Below, in pieces: positions 41,834 to 49,235 of a DNA stretch of 64,000 nt. A program made the position numbers and the translations under genes. The notes beneath the pieces are model-generated. The model was given only the letters and a program-made list of their open reading frames with translations. It was not told the origin of the DNA and did no database searches. How positions within the stretch are numbered: the stretch's first letter is position 1; every line of letters starts with the position of its first letter. This DNA is from Minisyncoccota bacterium (GTDB taxonomy: Bacteria; Patescibacteriota; Minisyncoccia; Minisyncoccales; JAGOPM01), in contig JBAZJI010000001.1 of NCBI GenBank assembly GCA_041651395.1, forward strand, positions 891,920 to 955,919. The letters run 5' to 3'.

Positions 41834-42544
41834 ATGGATAAGAAATTGCAGGAGAAAATCCTCAAAGATACCCAGAAAAGTTATGACCTTATTGCTCCTG
41901 ATTATGCAAGAACAAGGCTTAACTTGTCAACCTATCTTAAAGGCGCGATTGCGCAGTTAGGGCCTAGCGGGAAAATATTGGATTCGGGGTGCGGTTCGGG
42001 TGCGGTTTTTGAGGCATTAATTTCGTATGGTATTGATTATTACGGTTTGGATATTTCTAAAAAATTAATTGAATTGGCAACGGAAAAATATCCGCAAGGC
42101 CGTTTTTATGAGGGGGATGTTTTGCGTTTACCCTTTGAGGATAATTATTTTGATAATTTGCTTTCCATTTCAGTAGCTCATCATATTCCCGGCAATGATT
42201 TACGCTCGCGCTTTATTAAAGAGCAAATGAGGGTCTTAAAACCCGGGGGTAAAATGCTTTTTCGGGTATGGGATTTGAAAATAATCCCGGAGGCCGCTTC
42301 GATTTTAGCCAAAAATACTTTTTGGAAATTTCTGGGGCAAAATAAAATGGATTTCGGGGATATTATGTTTCCTTGGAAAAATTCTGAACAAAAAGTCGTG
42401 GCTCATCGTTATTTTCATTGCTTTACAGAAAATGAGCTGGCCAATCTTTTGAAAAAAAGCGGCTTAGAGATTGTAAAAGTTTGGAAGGAGGGCAAGCCGC
42501 CAAAGGCCATGAGTATTTTTGCCATTGCTAAAAAAATTAAATAA
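41834..42544 (+). CDS. Class I SAM-dependent methyltransferase, Trm9/ALKBH8-MT-like
   Basis: SAM motif ILDSGCGSGAV. LPFEDNYFDNLLSISVAHHIP..R, LKPGGKMLFRVW, and C-terminal AHRYFHCFTENELANLL resemble the Trm9 pattern (..RYYHLFxxGEL..). Its start codon is 2 bp from the divergent elp3 start. Confidence 0.6.
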   Translation: MDKKLQEKILKDTQKSYDLIAPDYARTRLNLSTYLKGAIAQLGPSGKILDSGCGSGAVFEALISYGIDYYGLDISKKLIELATEKYPQGRFYEGDVLRLPFEDNYFDNLLSISVAHHIPGNDLRSRFIKEQMRVLKPGGKMLFRVWDLKIIPEAASILAKNTFWKFLGQNKMDFGDIMFPWKNSEQKVVAHRYFHCFTENELANLLKKSGLEIVKVWKEGKPPKAMSIFAIAKKIK

Positions 42545-42548
42545 AAAT

Positions 42549-42875
42549 ATGGCTATAAAAAAGAAAGTTAAAAAGCCGGCAAAGAAAGCCAAAAAAATAA
42601 TTAAAAAACTTAAGCCCGCTCCTTTGAAAGGGGAGAAGCTGGTGGGTATTGTCACGCATTATTTTGATAAGCTAAAAGTGGCGGTTGTAAAAGCCAAGAA
42701 AGATTTGAAGTTAAAAGATAAACTGCATTTTGTGGGCGGAGAGGATACGGATTTTAAGCAGATTATCACCTCTATGCAATTTAATCACGAAAAGATTAAA
42801 AAGGCACTCAAGGGCAAAGAATTCGGTATGAAAGTTTCTAAGGTGGTGCGGGAAGGGTATAAGATATTCAAGTAA
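42549..42875 (+). CDS. Translation-elongation-factor-like small beta-barrel protein with a Lys-rich N-terminal tail
   Basis: ATG at 42549 gives MAIKKKVKKPAKKAKKIIKK. The core VGIVTHYFDKLKVAVVKA..DKLHFVGGEDTDFKQIITSMQFNHEKIKKALKGKEFGMKV..REGYKIFK matches the EF-Tu-domain-2-like family of small proteins. Confidence 0.65.
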   Translation: MAIKKKVKKPAKKAKKIIKKLKPAPLKGEKLVGIVTHYFDKLKVAVVKAKKDLKLKDKLHFVGGEDTDFKQIITSMQFNHEKIKKALKGKEFGMKVSKVVREGYKIFK

Positions 42876-42902
42876 TGAGCAACTAAAGGAAAAATTAGGC
42901 TT

Positions 42903-43901
42903 ATGGACAGGAAAGCTGAGAAAAAAAATAGGGCACCAAGGAATAGAACTATTAATTTGAGCCAAGGAGATATTTTGAAACTGCGTCAACGCCTATTAAC
43001 CATAAATAGGCCAGTTAGTGTGCGCGAAATTGAAAATAAAACCATTCATCAGGATGCTTTTGAGGTGCTGCAACACCTTCCTGAGAATTTTGTGGATTTA
43101 GTTTTTGCCGATCCACCATATAATCTGCAAAAGAATTTTAACGCTACGACATTTAAGAAACTTAGTCCAAAACAATATGAGGAATGGCTCGATTCTTGGA
43201 TGTCGAAATTAGTACGCATTCTCAAGCCCGAGGCCTCTGTTTATATTTGCGGTGATTGGCGAACCTCCGGAGCAATTTTTAACGTTGCGAAAAAATATTT
43301 TCAAATTCAAAACCGCATAACCTTCGAAAGAGAAAAGGGCAGGGGGGCTAACAATAATTGGAAAAATTGTTCTGAGGATATTTGGTTTTGCACCCTTTCC
43401 AATAAATATTATTTTAATGTTGATGAGGTAAAAATGAAGCGAAAGGTTTTAGCGCCTTACAAGGATAATAATGGCGGGGCCAAAGATTGGCAGGCTACTG
43501 CTGATGGGAATTATCGAATAACTTTTCCTTCCAACATTTGGACCGATATAACCATCCCGTTTTGGTCTATGCCGGAAAATACAGACCATCCAACCCAAAA
43601 GCCGGAAAAGTTAGTTGCTAAGGTTATTTTGGCCAGCTCTAAACCAAACGATATAGTTTTTGACCCTTTTTTAGGTTCGGGCACAACTTCTGTAGTAGCT
43701 CGCAAACTTGGCCGCCGGTTTGTCGGTATTGAAATTGATGAAAAATATTGTTGCCTTGCAGAAAAAAGGTTAGATATGGCTAAAGACAATAAAAATATCC
43801 AGGGATATGAGGATAATATTTTTTGGGAACGAAATACCCTCAATGAACGGTTAAGCAGTAAGAAGGATAAACTAAGCAAAGCCAAGGGTGCATTATTATG
43901 A
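42903..43901 (+). CDS. Beta-class DNA methyltransferase (DPPY; N6-adenine, or less likely N4-cytosine)
   Basis: Motif IV FADPPYNL precedes motif I DIVFDPFLGSGTTSVVA. The HPTQKPEKL motif is present. The permuted order is the beta class. Confidence 0.88.
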   Translation: MDRKAEKKNRAPRNRTINLSQGDILKLRQRLLTINRPVSVREIENKTIHQDAFEVLQHLPENFVDLVFADPPYNLQKNFNATTFKKLSPKQYEEWLDSWMSKLVRILKPEASVYICGDWRTSGAIFNVAKKYFQIQNRITFEREKGRGANNNWKNCSEDIWFCTLSNKYYFNVDEVKMKRKVLAPYKDNNGGAKDWQATADGNYRITFPSNIWTDITIPFWSMPENTDHPTQKPEKLVAKVILASSKPNDIVFDPFLGSGTTSVVARKLGRRFVGIEIDEKYCCLAEKRLDMAKDNKNIQGYEDNIFWERNTLNERLSSKKDKLSKAKGALL

Positions 43902-44566
43902 AAGAACAAAGTCCGATATTTTATACTAATACTCATAAAGAGTTAGCTCAAAAGGTAAAAGATTTTTTGAATAAGCAAAATAATTTTTTATCACAGAGGA
44001 CGCAAAATAGTCCTCGAGCCGTCGGAGATGCTATTGAGAGTATTGTTTCTGATAATTTTAAGGATATTATCGGTGATATTGCCGGTCAGTATTTTGCAAA
44101 TTTTGCCCGTCGTTCTTTGGCAGATTTGGCTTTTATTGATAACCAAGGATTCTATTATGCTGTTGATGTAAAAACGCATCGTTTGGATACGGTATTTAAC
44201 ATGCCAAATTTAACTTCGGTGCAGAGGTTATCGAAATTCTACGAGAACGACAAAAATTATTTTTGCATTCTCAAAATAGACTACAGGGTTGCTGTTTCAA
44301 AGGTTATTATTGAAAATGTAACTTTTGTCCCGATTGAGTTTCTTGATTGGGATTGTTTAACGGTAGGCGCTCTAGGATGGGGGCAAATTCAAATTGCTAA
44401 TGCTAATACTGTGACTATAATCTCCTCGAATAGCCGCAAAAAATGGATGCTCAATTTATGCAACAGGCTGCTTGAGTTTTACCCTGCAGAGATGAATAAA
44501 ATTAAAAAAAGGATTAGCTATTTTGAAAAAGCTAAAGAGTTTTGGGAGAAAAAAGAAAATAAGTAA
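43898..44566 (+). CDS. Putative Type II restriction endonuclease cognate to the upstream methyltransferase
   Basis: ATGA overlap with the MTase stop. 222 aa. Candidate PD-(D/E)xK core (..ADLAFID..YAVDVKTH..). No family recognised. Confidence 0.5.
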   Translation: MKEQSPIFYTNTHKELAQKVKDFLNKQNNFLSQRTQNSPRAVGDAIESIVSDNFKDIIGDIAGQYFANFARRSLADLAFIDNQGFYYAVDVKTHRLDTVFNMPNLTSVQRLSKFYENDKNYFCILKIDYRVAVSKVIIENVTFVPIEFLDWDCLTVGALGWGQIQIANANTVTIISSNSRKKWMLNLCNRLLEFYPAEMNKIKKRISYFEKAKEFWEKKENK

Positions 44567-44567
44567 C

Positions 44568-44596
44568 AAAAAAAGCAGACGAAAGTCTGCTTTTTT
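44568..44596. terminator. Bidirectional intrinsic terminator between the R-M pair and ino1
   Basis: aaaaaaagcagac-gaaa-gtctgctttttt. Confidence 0.85.
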
Positions 44597-44599
44597 GTT

Positions 44600-45700
44600 T
44601 TAGCGTTCGCGTTTGTCGAGAATAAACTCTTCGATCATTTCGCGCGCCTTTTCGTCGGAAATTTGTTGGGGCGGGTGCTTCATGAAGTAAGCCGACCCGG
44701 AAAGTATTGGGCCTCCCACTTTGCGGTCTTTAGCAATTTTAAGCAGCCGGACGGCGTCAATTACTACGCCTGCAGAATTCGGGGAATCTTCCACCGAGAG
44801 GCGCAGTTCTAATTCTATCGGGATATTGCCGAATTTGCGGCCTTCCATTCTGATAAAGCAGACTTTATTGTCTTTAAGGAAGGGAACATAATCTGATGGG
44901 CCGATGTGTAAATCGTCGTAAGAGAGGCGTTGGGAAAGCTCGGCTTCTACGGCTTCGGTCTTGGAAAGCTTTTTAGTTTTTAACCTGGCGCGCTCAAGCA
45001 TGTTTAAGAAATCAGTGTTGCCTCCGACATTGAGCTGGTAAGAGCGGTCAATTTTTACTCCACGTTGAGCGAAGAGGTGGGAAAGAACCCGGTGGGTGAT
45101 AGTAGCGCCGACTTGGGATTTGATGTCATCTCCAATGCAGGGGAGCCCGGCTTTTTCGAATTTTTCCGCCCACTTCTGATCAGAAACAATAAAGACTGGC
45201 ATACAATTTACAAAGGCACAGCCAGCTTTGAGCGCGGCGTTGGCATAATATTCGGTGGCTTGTTGGCTGCCCACGGGCATATAATTAATAAGCACGTCAG
45301 CCTTGGATTTTTTAAGCATGGCCGCCACATTAACCGGTTTGGCCTTAGCTACTACAAAGCGTCTTTCTTCCGGGTAGTTCTTCATGTGGTCAGCGACACC
45401 ATCAAGAACCGGTCCCATTTGGACTTTGACCCCCATTTTAGGAATGTCTTTACAAATTGTTTTAGTGCAATTCGGCAAGGCAAATATGGCTTCAGAAACA
45501 TCTTTGCCGACTTTGCGGGCATCAATATCAAAAGCGGCCACGATTTTAATGTCGCCGACTTTGTATGGCCCGACCACGTTGTGCATCAAACCCGGAACGA
45601 GCTCATCGTCATTTTTTATGTTCTTATAATAATATATGCCTTGGATTAAACTGGAAGAGCAATTGCCCAAACCAGAAATCGCCACTTTTATTTCTTTCAT
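44600..45700 (-). CDS. ino1: myo-Inositol-1-phosphate synthase (bacterial/actinobacterial Ino1 type)
   Basis: IKVAISGLGNCSSSLIQGIYYY, PGLMH, AAFDIDARKVG, GDDIKSQVGATITHRVL, LNVGGNTDFLNMLER and DSPNSAGVVIDAVR are collinear with mycobacterial Ino1. Confidence 0.9.
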   Translation of the reverse strand: MKEIKVAISGLGNCSSSLIQGIYYYKNIKNDDELVPGLMHNVVGPYKVGDIKIVAAFDIDARKVGKDVSEAIFALPNCTKTICKDIPKMGVKVQMGPVLDGVADHMKNYPEERRFVVAKAKPVNVAAMLKKSKADVLINYMPVGSQQATEYYANAALKAGCAFVNCMPVFIVSDQKWAEKFEKAGLPCIGDDIKSQVGATITHRVLSHLFAQRGVKIDRSYQLNVGGNTDFLNMLERARLKTKKLSKTEAVEAELSQRLSYDDLHIGPSDYVPFLKDNKVCFIRMEGRKFGNIPIELELRLSVEDSPNSAGVVIDAVRLLKIAKDRKVGGPILSGSAYFMKHPPQQISDEKAREMIEEFILDKRER

Positions 45701-45769
45701 AAATTGTGTTAATTTAGAAGTATATTATGTTTATATTTTACGGCTGTAAAACATACTGTCAACATTGAC

Positions 45770-46744
45770 ATGCGAAAAACTTGGTTGATAATTTTTTTTA
45801 CTATTTTGGGTTTGGCCCTATTTTGGTCTTTAGCCTCTTTTTCGGGTTGGGCGGAAATTTGGAGTGATCTTAAGCGTATAAGTATTTGGGGCTGGCTAAC
45901 AGTAGTCGGTTTGAATTTAGGCATTATTTCTTTCGGGGCCTTGCGCTGGAAATTAATTCTGAAATCATATGATATTAAAATTCCTTACCGCCATTTATTA
46001 GAAGCTTATTTTGGCAGTTATGCCATCGGATTTTTTGCCCCGGCCATGGGCCTCTGGGGAGAGATTGCTAAAGCTTATACGGTAGAAACCCGAATTAAGC
46101 GTTCGCGCGAGGAGATAATACCCAGTATTTTAATAGAAAAAAGTTTTATTCTCTTCCTTAATATTTTTATTATTTTGGGCGGGATCATGTATTACTTTTG
46201 GTTAGATGGCAAGGAGAACGTGTTTTATTTCATCCTGCTGATTTTAATCTTAGGCTTTGCTTTAATGCGTACGTCCCGTAAGGCTAAATGGTTGCATAAA
46301 GAGATTAAAGTTGAAATTAATCCGGAAAAGCATAAGGTGGCTTTTTCGGTTATCGAGCGGTTTAATAATTTTGTTGAGTTTTTGAAAACAAATAAGCATA
46401 TCAAAAGATTTTTCTTCGTTGCTTGTCTGGAGGCTAGTTGTTCTCTAATTCAAACTTGGGCTACAATTTATTTTTTAACCGGTAAGATTTTGACTCTGGG
46501 TCAAACAATTTTCGTGCAAGGCTTTTCCTATATATCTATGATGGCTTTAATTCCGGGAGCTTTGGGGAGCATGGAAGTGGCGCAGATTTTTACCCTTGGG
46601 GCTTTGGGTTTACCGCCCGGCATTGCTGTGGCCTTTTCTATCGTTTTGCGCATTTCAGAGTTGTTATTGGCTTGCGTGGGCGTCTATGTTTATATTAAAC
46701 TGGGAGCAAAAGCCTTATTAAATTATTTATTTAGCGAGCAATGA
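45770..46744 (+). CDS. Flippase-like / LPG-synthase-TM-type (UPF0104) polytopic membrane protein
   Basis: About 8 TM helices. The early motif FGALRWKLIL.. is typical of the family. Confidence 0.55.
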   Translation: MRKTWLIIFFTILGLALFWSLASFSGWAEIWSDLKRISIWGWLTVVGLNLGIISFGALRWKLILKSYDIKIPYRHLLEAYFGSYAIGFFAPAMGLWGEIAKAYTVETRIKRSREEIIPSILIEKSFILFLNIFIILGGIMYYFWLDGKENVFYFILLILILGFALMRTSRKAKWLHKEIKVEINPEKHKVAFSVIERFNNFVEFLKTNKHIKRFFFVACLEASCSLIQTWATIYFLTGKILTLGQTIFVQGFSYISMMALIPGALGSMEVAQIFTLGALGLPPGIAVAFSIVLRISELLLACVGVYVYIKLGAKALLNYLFSEQ

Positions 46745-47016
46745 AAAATCAGGAGATAGCCAAAATATTTTTTGAAATAGGGGAGATGCTCGAAATCCAG
46801 GGCGTGGCCTTTAAGCCGCAAACTTATCAGCAAGCGGCCATTACGATAGATGAAATGGCCGAGGATATCGAAGAAGTTTATAGGCAGGGTGGCATAAAAC
46901 TTTTGATGGATTTACCCTCTATTGGCGATAGTATGGCTGCTAAAATAGAGGAGTATTTGTTGTCCGGCAGGGTTTGTCTCTATGAAGAATTAAAAAACAA
47001 CCGATCCGAGGGCTAA
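46741..47016 (+). CDS. Stand-alone PolX N-terminal (8-kDa HhH) domain; truncated remnant or mini-protein
   Basis: MKNQEIAKIFFEIGEMLEIQGVAFKPQTYQQAAITIDEMAEDIEEVY..LMDLPSIGDSMAAKIEEYLLSG is collinear with the first ~85 aa of bacterial family X polymerases. The ORF stops after 91 aa, followed by a terminator. Confidence 0.6.
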   Translation: MKNQEIAKIFFEIGEMLEIQGVAFKPQTYQQAAITIDEMAEDIEEVYRQGGIKLLMDLPSIGDSMAAKIEEYLLSGRVCLYEELKNNRSEG

Positions 47017-47036
47017 AAATCTGATAGTATTTTTAT

Positions 47037-47064
47037 AACCGCCTTATTTAAGGGCGGTTTTTTT
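47037..47064 (+). terminator. Intrinsic terminator after the PolX-fragment gene
   Basis: aaccgcc-ttatttaag-ggcggttttttt. Confidence 0.75.
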
Positions 47065-47066
47065 GT

Positions 47067-47096
47067 TTGACAGAGTGGGTCTTTATGGTGTAAAGT
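47067..47096 (+). promoter_or_regulatory. pyk promoter TTGACA-18-TAAAGT
   Basis: TTGACA at 47067-47072 and TAAAGT at 47091-47096. A leader of about 90-95 nt contains the hairpin 47109-47139. Confidence 0.45.
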
Positions 47097-47194
47097 TCAA
47101 CTAGGTTCCGCCTTTATCCGTTAAATAACGGTTGAGGCGAGACAATCTCAAAATACTTCCTATAGAAGGGGAGAAAAAAATCCTAATTTTTATT

Positions 47195-48649
47195 ATGAAA
47201 AAATTAAGCAAAGAAGAAATTATCTCAAAGAGGGTTGACTGTCGTGCCAATATCATTGCGACTATGGGCCCGGCCTGTATGCAAAAAGAGCAGATCGCCA
47301 AAATCGTGGAGTCAGGTGCCTTTATTTTTCGTTTGAATTTTTCGCATGGAGATTATTTGGAAAAACAGCAGATGATTGATAATGTGCGTGCCATAGAAAA
47401 ATCTGCGGGCACGATTTTGACAATTTTCCAAGATTTACAAGGCCCCAAAATCCGTTTGGGTAAAATTAAAGATGGTTATGCCAAGCTTAAGATGGGGCAG
47501 AATTTCATTTTAACTACGGAAAAAATCGAGGGAGACGAAAATATCGCCTCTATCAGCCACGCGCAAATTCTTAAAGATATAGAAGCGGGAAAGGAAATTT
47601 ATATCAATGATGGTTTAGTTAAATTAATCGCCACAAAAATCGAAGGGGATAAAATTCATTGTAAGGTGGTTGATGATGGTGAAATCAGCACGGGCAGGGG
47701 AGTAAATTTTCCGGGAACCTCGGTGCGCATTCCGGCCATTACCGAAAAAGATAAAAAAGATTTGGCCTTCGCTTTGGGCGCGGGCATTGATATGGTGGCG
47801 CTTTCTTTTGTGCGCTCCGCCAAAGATATCGAAGATCTCCGCGGTTTAATGAAAAAAAATGGCCGGATTGTGCCTATTATCGCCAAGATTGAAAAATGGG
47901 AAGCGGTTGAAGGCATTGACGAGATCATTGATGCCTCCGATGTGATAATGGTTGCTCGTGGTGATCTGGGTGTGGAATTGCCGGTAGAACAGGTGCCGGT
48001 AATCCAAAAGCGGATTATCGCCGCTTGTCGTAAAAAAGGCAAACCGGTTATTACCGCTACCCAGATGCTTATCTCTATGGTAGAAAATCCTACGCCCACC
48101 CGCGCTGAAGTGAGCGATATCGCTAATGCAGTTTTTGATGGCACCGATACAGTTATGCTTTCCAATGAAACGGCCGTGGGCAAGTATGGGCCTCGCGCCG
48201 TGGAAACCATGATTAAAGTGATTAAAAATACTGAGCAGAATGAGCGATTTATGGATCTTATCGAAAAATATGCCGTGACGCCGGGTAGTAGCTCGACTGA
48301 GTCTATTGCTGACGCAGCTTGCAAGATTGCTCAGAATTTGAATGCCAAAGTAATCGTTTGCGCTACTGAAAGTGGCTCCTCCGCCCGCCTGATTTCTAAG
48401 CATCGGCCCGAAGCTTATGTTATTGCTATGACTAGCCAAGAGGACACTTTGCGCAAATTATCTTTTAGCTGGGGAGTGATGCCGGTAAAGGTTAAGCCAT
48501 TTACCTCCAGCCAGCAAACCATAAATAAAGCCGTTGAAGTTGTTAAGGCTATGGGTGTGGCTAAAGCCGGAGATACTATTGTAGTGACGTGCGGGACTAT
48601 TACTCAGCAGGCCGGGACAACTAATCTTATTAAGGTGGAAAAGATTTGA
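47195..48649 (+). CDS. pyk: Pyruvate kinase
   Basis: ATG at 47195 gives MKKLSKEEIISKRVDCRANIIATMGPA. Also FRLNFSHG, DLQGPKIRLG, MVARGDLGVELP and ATQMLISM. Confidence 0.95.
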   Translation: MKKLSKEEIISKRVDCRANIIATMGPACMQKEQIAKIVESGAFIFRLNFSHGDYLEKQQMIDNVRAIEKSAGTILTIFQDLQGPKIRLGKIKDGYAKLKMGQNFILTTEKIEGDENIASISHAQILKDIEAGKEIYINDGLVKLIATKIEGDKIHCKVVDDGEISTGRGVNFPGTSVRIPAITEKDKKDLAFALGAGIDMVALSFVRSAKDIEDLRGLMKKNGRIVPIIAKIEKWEAVEGIDEIIDASDVIMVARGDLGVELPVEQVPVIQKRIIAACRKKGKPVITATQMLISMVENPTPTRAEVSDIANAVFDGTDTVMLSNETAVGKYGPRAVETMIKVIKNTEQNERFMDLIEKYAVTPGSSSTESIADAACKIAQNLNAKVIVCATESGSSARLISKHRPEAYVIAMTSQEDTLRKLSFSWGVMPVKVKPFTSSQQTINKAVEVVKAMGVAKAGDTIVVTCGTITQQAGTTNLIKVEKI

Positions 48650-48650
48650 T

Positions 48651-49106
48651 ATGCCTTTGGAGCATTCGGCTGGAGCAGTAATATTTCGTCGAGAAGGTAA
48701 AAAAATTTATTACCTGCTTTTACATTACACTAACCAGCCGGGTAAAAAGCGCAAAGATTATTGGGATTTTTCCAAGGGTCACATTGAGTCCGGAGAAAAT
48801 GCGAAAATGGCTTGTATTAGGGAAGTAAAAGAGGAAACAGGCATTGATGATCTTCAGTTTGTCAGAGGTTTTAAGCGCCATATCAAATATTTTTTCGTTG
48901 TCGAAGGTAAAAAGATTTTTAAGGTGGTTACTCTGTTTTTGGCAAGAACGCGGACGGCCAATGTGGTAATATCTGACGAACACGAGGGGTATATGTGGCT
49001 CGAATTTATTCCCGCCTTAAAGGCTATGAAGTTTAAGAACGCCAAGAATACCCTAACAGCCGCTCATCGTTATTTGACTGCCAAGCGACCTCACGGCGCC
49101 CAGTAA
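48651..49106 (+). CDS. NUDIX hydrolase
   Basis: Nudix box GHIESGENAKMACIREVKEETGI. Confidence 0.85.
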   Translation: MPLEHSAGAVIFRREGKKIYYLLLHYTNQPGKKRKDYWDFSKGHIESGENAKMACIREVKEETGIDDLQFVRGFKRHIKYFFVVEGKKIFKVVTLFLARTRTANVVISDEHEGYMWLEFIPALKAMKFKNAKNTLTAAHRYLTAKRPHGAQ

Positions 49107-49124
49107 ATCTGGGCTTTATTTTTT
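49098..49124 (+). terminator. Intrinsic terminator overlapping the NUDIX stop codon
   Basis: gcccag-taaat-ctgggc followed by tttatttttt. Confidence 0.6.
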
Positions 49125-49235
49125 GATATTTTGTAGCTCTTGCTAACAGTAGCTAACTTTCCCACAGGTTATGGGGGTTTTTGCATTCCAATTTTACCTT
49201 AAAGGCTTTATAATAAGGGCACATAATAAATAATT

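Noticed and set aside
47109-47139. Hairpin in the ~90-95-nt pyk leader (ccgcc..ccgtt-aaat-aacgg..ggcg), considered as a riboswitch or attenuator.
   Set aside because: It is too short for any known riboswitch aptamer, has no following U-tract or alternative pairing, and is not obviously linked to the start codon.
47656-48439. Long antisense ORFs in the track, such as 47656-48324(-) and 47846-48439(-) inside pyk. Similar cases are 45065-45649(+) inside ino1, 26733-27236(+) inside yebC, 35830-36198(-) opposite a response regulator, 53522-54109(-) inside B1, and 62990-63469(-) / 63001-63345(-) opposite the vWA gene.
   Set aside because: Each lies entirely opposite a gene with strong family motifs. 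Their translations are low-complexity or compositionally odd (S/P/R/I-rich) with no recognisable motifs. They are shadow ORFs of the real genes.
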